Both the position numbers and the translations under genes were made by a program. Of a stretch of 64,000 nucleotides of DNA, positions 29,467 to 38,364 are shown piece after piece (positions within the stretch are counted from its first letter, which is position 1; every line of letters starts with the position of its first letter). The stretch is from Bacteriovoracaceae bacterium (lineage in GTDB: Bacteria; Bdellovibrionota; Bacteriovoracia; Bacteriovoracales; Bacteriovoracaceae), in the NCBI GenBank assembly GCA_048270185.1, contig JBLWTJ010000001.1, positions 512,001-576,000 of the forward strand, written 5' to 3'. The notes under the pieces were generated by a model. That model made no database searches and was not told where the DNA came from. It saw nothing but the letters and a program-made list of their open reading frames with translations.

Positions 29467-29629
29467 TTTCCAAAATAAATCCATATTCATTTTTGAATTT
29501 CTTAGCTGCTTAGTTAAAAGCAAGCGTAGCTTGATGGTTTAGCGCCAGGATGGCGTGTATGCCGACGAAGGCAGGAGCCGAGAGTCGGCCAAGTCCAGTT
29601 CTAGGCACCATTTCCAAAATAAATCCATA
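29446..29629 (+). mobile_element. Mini element at tRNA-Leu 3' end: 40-bp exact direct repeats (29446-29485, 29590-29629) around a 104-bp structured core
   Basis: CAAGTCCAGTTCTAGGCACCATTTCCAAAATAAATCCATA twice; three hairpins between. Confidence 0.7.
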
Positions 29630-29764
29630 CATAAAATAAAACCCAATTAAGTTAAGAGCTTACAACCAATTTCGGACTCGAAATCATGTGAACTTGGCTC
29701 AACTAATAACTATAGTTAGGTTGGACTAGTATTAAGTAGTTAGATGCCCGGGCGCTGCCTGTAA

Positions 29765-30097
29765 TTAGATCTTTCTTTTGGCTGCGCCTATATCTTCAAG
29801 GTAGAACTTGAGACGTTGCTCAATTTCTTCAAGAGCTTTGAGACGAATTTCAAGGGCCATTTGGCATGAGCGATTACCTCGAATCTCAGAGATTGCTTCA
29901 CTAGAAGGAATTGCCATAACGGGCTTCTTTTCTTTGGCCTGAACTTGTTGTTCTTCAAATTCTTCGATTAATTTACTAAGAGGAGTTACTTCTTCTTGGC
30001 GATCTTCAACTTTAGATTCGACAGGAAAATGCTTCGACGCTGGAAACATAACTAGAACGTCGTTGGCCTGATTTTCATTTTGAGTCGTTTGCTTCAT
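29765..30097 (-). CDS. Hypothetical protein
   Basis: GAGGA RBS; C-terminal coiled coil; sigma54-like promoter upstream. Confidence 0.7.
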   Translation of the reverse strand: MKQTTQNENQANDVLVMFPASKHFPVESKVEDRQEEVTPLSKLIEEFEEQQVQAKEKKPVMAIPSSEAISEIRGNRSCQMALEIRLKALEEIEQRLKFYLEDIGAAKRKI

Positions 30098-30160
30098 TTA
30101 ATTCTATTCCTCTAGGTAAATATTGATGGAGTGCAATCTTGTGATCACTCCTATATATAA

Positions 30161-30176
30161 AGCATAACTTGGGCCA
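30161..30176 (-). promoter_or_regulatory. Sigma54-type promoter
   Basis: Minus strand TGGCCCAAGTTATGCT = GG-N10-GC. Confidence 0.5.
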
Positions 30177-30320
30177 AGATATTTTGGCAGATCCATTGTA
30201 AAATTAACCTCTTACAATAAGTGAACGTCAATTTCTTATACAGCTGAAGCTAATATGGACAAAAAAATTCCTGTGATTTCAAGGGCTTGTTCATAAAATC
30301 TATTGTGTTAAAATGGAAGG

Positions 30321-30545
30321 GTGAAAAGAATCAACTGCATGCAATGCGAATATTACTATAGTACATGGGATAAATACGCACCTCGCGGGTGTCGTAAATT
30401 TGATATGAAATCCACGACAATGCCCTCAATTCTCGTAAAGCAAGAAAGTGGAAATGACTGCCAATTCTACAAACAGAAAGATCATTTCAAGAATCGAAAT
30501 AAGAAGGGAAAATTAGACGATCTCAACGATCCAAAGCTATGGTAA
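30321..30545 (+). CDS. Small four-Cys metal-binding protein of unknown function
   Basis: CMQC-x-YYSTWD...PRGC...PS...SG.DC..Y; GTG start with GGAAGG RBS. Confidence 0.7.
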   Translation: MKRINCMQCEYYYSTWDKYAPRGCRKFDMKSTTMPSILVKQESGNDCQFYKQKDHFKNRNKKGKLDDLNDPKLW

Positions 30546-31670
30546 TTGCTTAGCTTGCTCATGATAAGTCGGCCCTGACTCCTTAATCATTCCCCCACCA
30601 AGACATACCTGCTCACCTTCTAATTCAGTATAGAAGACGATTGATTGGCGCTTAGCAATTGCTCTTTGAGGAGTATCAAAGTCCACTCGAATTTCACCGT
30701 CACTTACTTCAGTGATCGTGCAATCTTGATCTTGCTGACGGTAGCGAATTTTTGCCTTAAGCTTTTGTCCTACTGTTGGCCTAAATTCTTCATCAACCCA
30801 AGATAGGTCTGTTGCCGTTAAAAAATCAGCATATAAGGCACCGTGCTTCTCACCACGCTCAACGATAACAACATTGCGCTCAGTATCTTTTCCAACGACA
30901 AACCATGGCTCTCCAGGGCCACCAAGCCCAAGGCCCTTACGTTGTCCAATTGTATAGAATGCACTTCCACTATGGGTTCCAACCTTAGTGCCATCAAGTA
31001 ATTCAAAGTCACCTGATTTAATTTGGATATAATTTGAAAGGAAATTCTTAAAGTTGCGCTCACCGATAAAGCAGATCCCAGTGGAGTCTTTCTTATCGTG
31101 TGTTATAAGGTCATATTTTTTAGCAATCTCACGTACCTGAGGCTTCTCAATTGCACCTACAGGAAAGAGAACCTTATCAAGAACTTTAGATTTAATTGTA
31201 TATAAGAAGTAAGTTTGATCTTTATTATTATCTTCGCCTTTAATTAAGCGCGACTGGCCATCAACGACTTTGGTTTGGCAGTAGTGACCAGTGGCCAGGT
31301 AATCTGCCCCAAGTTCCATGGCCTTATTAAAGAAGACTTTAAACTTAATTTCACGGTTACAAAGGATATCTGGATTTGGTGTATAGCCTTGTTCATATTC
31401 TTCAAGGAAATTAGCAAAAACATTATCGCGATACTCTTTTACGAAATCAACTGAGTAATATGGAATATCTAGCTTTTCACAAACGGCCACAACATCTTCA
31501 AATTCAAGAGATGCCTTACAATTGCCATTTTCGTCCTCTTCTTCCCAGTTTTTCATGAACATGCCAATGACGTTATAACCCTGCTCTTTTAATAAAGCAG
31601 CACATACAGAGGAATCCACACCTCCGCTCATTCCGACAATGACTGTTTTTCCATTTCCAATTTCACTCAT
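30537..31670 (-). CDS. mnmA: tRNA 2-thiouridylase MnmA
   Basis: SGGVDSS, MKNW, PNPDILCNREIKF, ATGHY, KDQTYFL, KKDSTGICFIGER. Confidence 0.97.
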   Translation of the reverse strand: MSEIGNGKTVIVGMSGGVDSSVCAALLKEQGYNVIGMFMKNWEEEDENGNCKASLEFEDVVAVCEKLDIPYYSVDFVKEYRDNVFANFLEEYEQGYTPNPDILCNREIKFKVFFNKAMELGADYLATGHYCQTKVVDGQSRLIKGEDNNKDQTYFLYTIKSKVLDKVLFPVGAIEKPQVREIAKKYDLITHDKKDSTGICFIGERNFKNFLSNYIQIKSGDFELLDGTKVGTHSGSAFYTIGQRKGLGLGGPGEPWFVVGKDTERNVVIVERGEKHGALYADFLTATDLSWVDEEFRPTVGQKLKAKIRYRQQDQDCTITEVSDGEIRVDFDTPQRAIAKRQSIVFYTELEGEQVCLGGGMIKESGPTYHEQAKQLP

Positions 31671-31695
31671 ATGCCTTATTTAGCACATTTGGGGG

Positions 31696-32829
31696 CTAGA
31701 GGTCTAGTGCCCATGAAGCAATGGCCATAGCGATGCTCTTAGTTGAGTGAGCTAAAGTCTTAATATTGAGAGAGGCCACAAAATCGGACTGTGTATGGAT
31801 ACGATTGGCATTAAAATCACTTTCCCAATTCTGAGTATAAACAAGGCTTGGTATACCAAGCTTTTGGAATGAGACATTATCGCCATTTTGGAAATCTTTT
31901 TGAGTTGGAGTGAAATCCACAGTAAAGGTACCACCAGCACTCTTTTGGTTAAATAAATTGGCCATGGCCTTTTCCTGCTTATGAAGTCTCGAACTTGCTG
32001 GAGAATAATAAAGCTTCATATTCCCTGTCTTAGCTTCCTTATCAAGATTTTGCGTATCATAACCAAGCATCAAAAGTTCAACATAAGAGGCTACATTGAT
32101 ATCTTTTTCTACACTTAAGTTTTTGGCATAATCAAAAGAGCCTAGAAAACCAATTTCACCAAAATCAAAAAAGACCACGCGAACTGTCTTTTTTAAATCG
32201 AGTTCAGATAAAATATCAATTAGGGCAAGAGCGGCCGTTACACCAGAAGCATTATTATCTGCACCAGGTTGGTTGCCACCGTGAACCATTTTTAAATTCT
32301 TCTTATCAAAAGCTGCCGTGTCATAGTGAGCACCAACGACAATAACTTCATTAGGCTTCTCAAGGCCTTTTTTTTCCCAAACAATATTATATCCATTAAT
32401 AAGTTTTAATGTATCGATATGAGCAATACGCTCTTTTGTAAATCGATCCCACTTTTTAAACTGTTGAGCGGAGAGAGTTGCGCGACTACCATTTAGATCA
32501 TCTTGAAACATTTTCTTTGCACCATCTAAATCAGGCACGAATTTAACCTTGACCATATTTGTATCTTTGGCCCTTGTTTGAGTCTTAATGTAATTTTGTA
32601 TAAATTCTTGTGCCTTTAGATTACCTGCACTACCGACATAACGGTTAGGCCTAGTTTCTTTAACAAAATTATTAATTAATTTTTGGAGATCATCTTGACG
32701 ATACTTATTAACTGAATAAAAAAGTTTTCTAAGTCTTTCTGGTGATCTTTGATTTTTTGCTAATTTAAATTCACGGCCAAATGATTGACTCGCACATAGA
32801 ACAATTAAAATAGATAAGATATAATTCAT
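31696..32829 (-). CDS. Secreted M28 peptidase-family protein, probably catalytically altered
   Basis: GAHYDT, GADNNASG, FDFGEIGFLGS, IHTQSD; signal peptide. Confidence 0.8.
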   Translation of the reverse strand: MNYILSILIVLCASQSFGREFKLAKNQRSPERLRKLFYSVNKYRQDDLQKLINNFVKETRPNRYVGSAGNLKAQEFIQNYIKTQTRAKDTNMVKVKFVPDLDGAKKMFQDDLNGSRATLSAQQFKKWDRFTKERIAHIDTLKLINGYNIVWEKKGLEKPNEVIVVGAHYDTAAFDKKNLKMVHGGNQPGADNNASGVTAALALIDILSELDLKKTVRVVFFDFGEIGFLGSFDYAKNLSVEKDINVASYVELLMLGYDTQNLDKEAKTGNMKLYYSPASSRLHKQEKAMANLFNQKSAGGTFTVDFTPTQKDFQNGDNVSFQKLGIPSLVYTQNWESDFNANRIHTQSDFVASLNIKTLAHSTKSIAMAIASWALDL

Positions 32830-34191
32830 TTAAAAACCTAATTCTCTTTTTTTCGCTTTAGTTTGATTTTCCTCTAGAAGCTCTTTTTCTTTTTTCTTAA
32901 GTGGCAAATGATAGAATTCACCATCAACAAATGATCCACTTCTAAAGACTTTTCCATGTCCGATCACTTTAGAGCCAGGGGCATGTTTAGAGTAAAAGAC
33001 AACGCTATCACCTCTAAAGACGATCCCTTGGGCCTTATCATCTAAATCAAAATAAACATTTTCATTATTTAATAGGTAGAGAACACCTTTATAAACTTCT
33101 CTTGTTGAAACAACTTGAGCATAACACTCAAGAGGCTTAGAACTATCGACAACATTAAAATTAACAAAGTGATGTGCAACAATTCGTTCAAAGCTTAGCT
33201 CTTTAGACTTAACGACATAGATTAATCCACGAGACATATGAATAGAAACAATTTTACTATCCGCAAGCTTTGGCTTTGCGTCTTTTAACTTATATTGAGT
33301 TTGTCCTAAGTGATAAATATGATGGCCATCGTGCTGACCTAATTCGCTATCGTCGTAGTACCCGTAGACATAACCTTCTTTAATAAATTTTGAAGAAATA
33401 TAGTGAGGAACAAATGAGGCAAGCTCTTCGACTTCATAAAATTTTGCACGTGCATTCTGGCGTTCTTTTAAAATTGCTCTCCCAACCGTTTTAGAGTCAA
33501 CAAGTGTTCCAATTTTATCAACTTCTGAACTTTTAAGATCAGCTAGAGGCAGTATTAATTTTGACAGAATATCCTGATCTAACTGAGACAATAAATGACA
33601 ATCATTCTTATCGAGATCATTTGAAGCATTAAGGCCATAATGACCGTGTGTCATTGATACTTTACAATAGTGTCCTGTAGCAATACGCTCGGCCTTTAAA
33701 GCAGCAAGCTTTGAGTCTAGAATTTGAAAAATTAATGTTGCACGCTCAATACTTGGATTGCACCAAATACCACCAATACGTGACTCAACTAACTTAGTCA
33801 CAACACTTTCTTCAAATAAATTACTTGCGTTGGTCACATAGAAAGGAATTCCAATAAGCCTGCAGATGTCACGGATCTTTTCCTCTGATTCACTGGCCCA
33901 AGGTTTGAATACTTCATGGTATTTTTTAAGCCAAAGAATACGCTGATATTGTTTGAATTCTTCAATGGCCTCTTCATCTTCAACAAATTTGTCGGCCAAT
34001 TGACCATCTGGACCAAGCTTTGCTTTAAATAGAGAGATGAAGCTTTCATCATCACTTGTTATCTTATCAAAGAAAGAAATATTAACGCCAATACAGTCAT
34101 GGCCCTGCTTCTTAAGCAGCAATGCAGTAACAGCTGAGTCAATACCGCCGTCCATTCCAATAATTACTCGTTCTTTCTTGATTTTTTGCAT
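32830..34191 (-). CDS. Divergent MnmA paralog lacking catalytic cysteines
   Basis: GMDGGIDSAV, IGIPFY, IATGHYC, ILPLADL, GDSVVFY align with MnmA; NPDILCN and GICF motifs lost. Confidence 0.8.
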   Translation of the reverse strand: MQKIKKERVIIGMDGGIDSAVTALLLKKQGHDCIGVNISFFDKITSDDESFISLFKAKLGPDGQLADKFVEDEEAIEEFKQYQRILWLKKYHEVFKPWASESEEKIRDICRLIGIPFYVTNASNLFEESVVTKLVESRIGGIWCNPSIERATLIFQILDSKLAALKAERIATGHYCKVSMTHGHYGLNASNDLDKNDCHLLSQLDQDILSKLILPLADLKSSEVDKIGTLVDSKTVGRAILKERQNARAKFYEVEELASFVPHYISSKFIKEGYVYGYYDDSELGQHDGHHIYHLGQTQYKLKDAKPKLADSKIVSIHMSRGLIYVVKSKELSFERIVAHHFVNFNVVDSSKPLECYAQVVSTREVYKGVLYLLNNENVYFDLDDKAQGIVFRGDSVVFYSKHAPGSKVIGHGKVFRSGSFVDGEFYHLPLKKKEKELLEENQTKAKKRELGF

Positions 34192-34278
34192 ACTTACATT
34201 ATAGGTGATTTTAAAAATTTAGGTATGTAAAAACAAAATTCTTCCCCTCTTTGCCACACTAAAAAGCTCATATATTCA

Positions 34279-34308
34279 TTGACATAACTCAACGCAAAAT
34301 CCGATAAT
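34279..34308 (+). promoter_or_regulatory. Sigma70-like promoter of the methyltransferase
   Basis: TTGACA-N18-GATAAT. Confidence 0.45.
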
Positions 34309-34350
34309 AAATACTTAGAAAATGCAACACACAAGGACGATTCAAGATTT

Positions 34351-35541
34351 ATGAAAGCAGGGAACGCAAAGAAATCTAAAAAAGTAAAAAGCTCTAATGC
34401 CAAGTTAAAATTTATTGATATCTTCTCAGGGGCCGGTGGCTTCTCATGTGGGCTTGAATTGGCAGGCCTTGAGTGTGTCATGGGAATTGATTTTAATAAG
34501 CATGCAATGGATACATTTGCGCTAAACCACAAGAGCGCCTATCCATATTGTGGAGATATCTCGAAACTAACAAATAAGAAAATCATGGAAGTATTGGGTG
34601 ATACAAAAGTAAACCTAGTTGTTGGAGGCCCTCCTTGCCAAGGTTTCTCAACTGTGGGCCCAGGTAATCCAGATGATATTCGCAATAAATTATTTCTTGA
34701 ATTCGTACGTGTAGTTAAATTAACTCAACCTGAATTCATTGTTATTGAAAATGTAACAGGAATTCTTGCAAAGAAGAACGAACTAACTCTAAAAGCAATT
34801 TTTAAACGCTTTAATAGTCTTGGCTATAATCTCGACGTAAGAGTTCTTAGTTCACAAAATTACGGAGTACCAGAAAAGAGACGTCGTACAATTTTCATTG
34901 GGACAAAAGTAAATGAAAAAGTTGAGTTCCCAAAGATTACACATGACACAATTATAGCAAAAACACACAGACCTCCAGTAACAGTAGGAGAGGCCTTAAG
35001 TGATCTTGCAACTAAATCTGGTGAAATTTACAATCACGATATTGATAGTGCGAAAATTAAATCAAAGATTGATCTAAAAAGAATCAAGAGAATTCCTGAA
35101 GGAAAAGGCATTCGCTACGAAAAAGATGAAAAGATGTATTTAACTCCATCACTTAAGCTTGGTGTCGATTGGGCCACAATAAGAGAAGGACGTTTTAGAC
35201 AAACTAAATATCAAAGACTAGATTCACAAAGCGTATCACCAACAATTATGACTCATCGTCATAGCTACTATCATCCAACAGAGCATCGCTACTTAACTCA
35301 AAGAGAAGCAGCAAAAATACAAAGTTTTCCAAATGACTTTATTTTCAGTGGACCACTTTCTGCTCAATGGAGACAAATTGGAAATGCTGTTCCGCCATTA
35401 ATGGGGAAGGCCATTGGTAGTGCTATTAAGAAAATGTATAAAGCTCACCTCAAAACTCAACATGATGGGACTGTAAAAAAGAAAACAAAAGTTAAGTCAA
35501 TCATCAATGATGTAAGAGGAGGAGCATTTGTTTACCGCTAG
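34351..35541 (+). CDS. DNA (cytosine-5) methyltransferase, orphan
   Basis: FSGAGG (I), GPPCQGFS (IV), ENV (VI), PEKRRR (VIII), REAAKIQSFP (IX), QIGNAVPP (X). Confidence 0.95.
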   Translation: MKAGNAKKSKKVKSSNAKLKFIDIFSGAGGFSCGLELAGLECVMGIDFNKHAMDTFALNHKSAYPYCGDISKLTNKKIMEVLGDTKVNLVVGGPPCQGFSTVGPGNPDDIRNKLFLEFVRVVKLTQPEFIVIENVTGILAKKNELTLKAIFKRFNSLGYNLDVRVLSSQNYGVPEKRRRTIFIGTKVNEKVEFPKITHDTIIAKTHRPPVTVGEALSDLATKSGEIYNHDIDSAKIKSKIDLKRIKRIPEGKGIRYEKDEKMYLTPSLKLGVDWATIREGRFRQTKYQRLDSQSVSPTIMTHRHSYYHPTEHRYLTQREAAKIQSFPNDFIFSGPLSAQWRQIGNAVPPLMGKAIGSAIKKMYKAHLKTQHDGTVKKKTKVKSIINDVRGGAFVYR

Positions 35542-36568
35542 AAATTTTAAAATATTCTTCTTATTTTCAATTCTTGTTTTTATTGCTTCGTGCTCGACAA
35601 CTCAAACACAAATAAGTGAAAGTTCAAATTGTCATTCAAAAAGAGCGGCCATTGACCTGGGTTCAGGATCAACTAAGCTTGTAATTGGTCTCGTTAATAC
35701 TTGTGAAAATATTGTGGAAGGAATTCTCTTTGAAGCACAAAGAGCTCTCGCACTAAAAGATCAACTTCAAAAATCAAAAGATAATAAATTTAACAAAGCG
35801 ACTATCAACAAACTTACTTCTATCTTTGAAGAATTCAAATATCTCGCACAAAACGAAGGGATAACTGAAGTAAAGGCCGTTGCAACGTCGGCCTTCAGAA
35901 CTGCAAAGAATGGGAAAGAAGCTGCAAAAAGTGTTTTTGATCACACGGGAGTTCAAATTCAAATTATCTCTCAGCAGCAAGAAGCTAAGTTTGCTTACTC
36001 TGCGGCCCTATCAAAATTAAAGAAAGATGGAAACAAGAGTACATCCCCTATCGCTGTGTGGGACATCGGTGGCGGAAGCATGCAAATTACAAAACCACTA
36101 ACAAGTGGTGAAAAGAAAGTTGCACTTCTAAAAATAGCATCTGTTACTTTTAAGAATATGGTGTTGAAAGAATTCTATCCAGAGAGTGCCATCACTCCAA
36201 ATCCGATGACAGAAGAAAGAGCACTAAAGGCGATGGATCTGGCACGAGTTACGGCCAAAGAGCAATTAAATGATTTTGGAACTCTAAAAGGCTACAGTGT
36301 TGTAGGTGTCGGCGGAGTTCACTACTTTAGCCTTGGCTCACAATTTAAAGAGTCGAATCGAGTTTATAACCAAAGTACTTTATTAAATACTTTATTAAAA
36401 AGAAGTAAGTTAAACGACCAAGAAATTGGTGGAAAGTACTCTCAAACAGATATTACAAATATTGCTCTTGTCCTTGGCTTTATGCAAACTCTTAAAGTTG
36501 ACGAAGTTAGGCCACTTAAAATTAATATGGCCCACGGGCTACTTGTTGAACCAAGCTTCTGGAACTAG
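35528..36568 (+). CDS. Ppx/GppA-family phosphatase with lipoprotein signal
   Basis: AIDLGSGS, VATSAFR, QQEA, DIGGGS; lipobox IASC; overlaps MTase stop. Confidence 0.85.
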   Translation: MFTARNFKIFFLFSILVFIASCSTTQTQISESSNCHSKRAAIDLGSGSTKLVIGLVNTCENIVEGILFEAQRALALKDQLQKSKDNKFNKATINKLTSIFEEFKYLAQNEGITEVKAVATSAFRTAKNGKEAAKSVFDHTGVQIQIISQQQEAKFAYSAALSKLKKDGNKSTSPIAVWDIGGGSMQITKPLTSGEKKVALLKIASVTFKNMVLKEFYPESAITPNPMTEERALKAMDLARVTAKEQLNDFGTLKGYSVVGVGGVHYFSLGSQFKESNRVYNQSTLLNTLLKRSKLNDQEIGGKYSQTDITNIALVLGFMQTLKVDEVRPLKINMAHGLLVEPSFWN

Positions 36569-36573
36569 TTTAA

Positions 36574-38364
36574 CTAGTGAGAAGCTTGGCTTAGATTATA
36601 GAAAATACCTTTCGACTTCATTAAATTATCAGGCGTATCAAACTCAACTAGCTTTGCATCTTTAAAGACTAAGATTCTGTCACATTCTTTAATCGTATCA
36701 AGTCTGTGAGCGATAAAGAATGAAGTCTTGCCGTCCATTACATTATGAATTCCTTCATGAAGAATCATTTCAAAATATGGATCAACATGGGCCGTTGCCT
36801 CATCTAGGATGAGAATATGAGGATTTTGCAAGCATACACGCGTGAGAGAAATAACCTGCTTCTCCCCTGCTGATAAATTTGACCCACCGTCTTTGAGAAC
36901 ACTATCCAGAGTAAGTTTAGAATAATTCATCACCTTACTCATCCCAGTCTTATCGCAAATAGATAGAATATCCTTGTCTGTTAAATCAGGATTCACTGAA
37001 AGATTCTCTCTAAGGGTTCCATCAAAGATAATAACGTCTTGTGATACAATTCCAATCTGATCACGATAATGATCGATATCAAGCTCTTTAAGATTTTGCC
37101 CATCAATTAAGACATCACCTTTTTGATAGTCATAGAGGCGTGATAAAACAGCTACGGCCGTGGTCTTTCCCGATCCAGTCGGACCGACAATACCAATCTT
37201 TTCCCCTTTATTGATCTTAAAAGAGACATCTTTTAGTGCAGTCGATATTTCATTGTAACCCATTGTCACATTTTTAAATTCAATCTCACCATTAATCTTA
37301 TGGCGTCTCTCATCTCGCTGATCAAAGACTTCCTTCTCTGTTTCAACTTCGATAAAATTTGCGACACGATTAACACTAGTAAAGGCCGTAATGATATTGG
37401 ACATCTCTCTAAAAAGAGACAGTACTGGCCAGAAGAATTTTTCACAATAGCGAAGAAGAGCAATGAAGAGAGCAAGCGATAGAGCGCCATCAAGATAGGC
37501 ATTACCTCCAAGCCATACAAGAATAAGTAGAGGCAGACCACATAGAAAAGATAGCATTGGCATCGTCAGCGCATAGAAGGTATTGGCACTTAATTGCACA
37601 ACTTGTTGCTCATTGACGGCCGACTTGAAATTATCATAAGACCAATCTTCAACACCAAAAGAGCGAATGACATGAATACCATCGATATACTCTGATAATT
37701 TTGAATTGATATTAGAAGAGTACTTACTAATGGCCCTATTAAGGGAGCCTATTTTATTTCGAGTAACTAGTAAGAAGATAATTGCAGGGATTAATCCTGA
37801 AATAACCATCAGACCAATCTTAACGTCGGTCAAAATCATTGCCGTGGCCGATGAGATAATCATTAAGACTGAAATGGCAAGACGTCCAAGAGAGCTAGTA
37901 AAGAACTTCTCTATCCCTTCTACATCGTGAGTCATACGTGTCACGATTCGGCCCTGAGGCCATGAATCAAAGAACTTTAAAGGTAAGTGAGAAAGCTTTT
38001 GAAAGAGGCGATCTCTAACATTTAAAATCACAAAGCTTGTTTGAACGATTAATAATCGACGGCCAATATAGTGAATGGCAACCCCACCAACCTCGAGGGC
38101 AAGTACATAGATGGCCCATTTCTTTGACAAGGCCCAATCAGACTTTGCAAGTCCTTCACCAACAAGCACACCAAGAGCATGTCCTGATAACATTGAAAGA
38201 ATAGTAAAAGCAATAAGCATCAAAATTGCAAAAGCAATTTGTACTCGATGGCCTTTTGCAAACTTATATAAGAAGAGCGTCGTCTTTAAGGCCGAGTGTC
38301 CCTGTGCCTTATGCTTTGATTCTTCCTGGTCATCCTGTGCAAGGAATTGCTTTGCATTACTCAC
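36574..38364 (-). CDS. ABC exporter half-transporter (TMD+NBD), consensus Walker B subunit
   Basis: GPTGSGKTT, LSAGEKQ, ILDEATAHVD, IAHRL; likely GTG start near 38364. Confidence 0.9.
   Translation of the reverse strand: MSNAKQFLAQDDQEESKHKAQGHSALKTTLFLYKFAKGHRVQIAFAILMLIAFTILSMLSGHALGVLVGEGLAKSDWALSKKWAIYVLALEVGGVAIHYIGRRLLIVQTSFVILNVRDRLFQKLSHLPLKFFDSWPQGRIVTRMTHDVEGIEKFFTSSLGRLAISVLMIISSATAMILTDVKIGLMVISGLIPAIIFLLVTRNKIGSLNRAISKYSSNINSKLSEYIDGIHVIRSFGVEDWSYDNFKSAVNEQQVVQLSANTFYALTMPMLSFLCGLPLLILVWLGGNAYLDGALSLALFIALLRYCEKFFWPVLSLFREMSNIITAFTSVNRVANFIEVETEKEVFDQRDERRHKINGEIEFKNVTMGYNEISTALKDVSFKINKGEKIGIVGPTGSGKTTAVAVLSRLYDYQKGDVLIDGQNLKELDIDHYRDQIGIVSQDVIIFDGTLRENLSVNPDLTDKDILSICDKTGMSKVMNYSKLTLDSVLKDGGSNLSAGEKQVISLTRVCLQNPHILILDEATAHVDPYFEMILHEGIHNVMDGKTSFFIAHRLDTIKECDRILVFKDAKLVEFDTPDNLMKSKGIFYNLSQASH

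Noticed and set aside
29333..29542. 69-aa ORF
   Set aside because: Overlaps the tRNA-Leu gene; spurious
34351..35541. Type II restriction-modification system
   Set aside because: Neighbours are an MnmA paralog and a Ppx-like lipoprotein; no endonuclease recognisable
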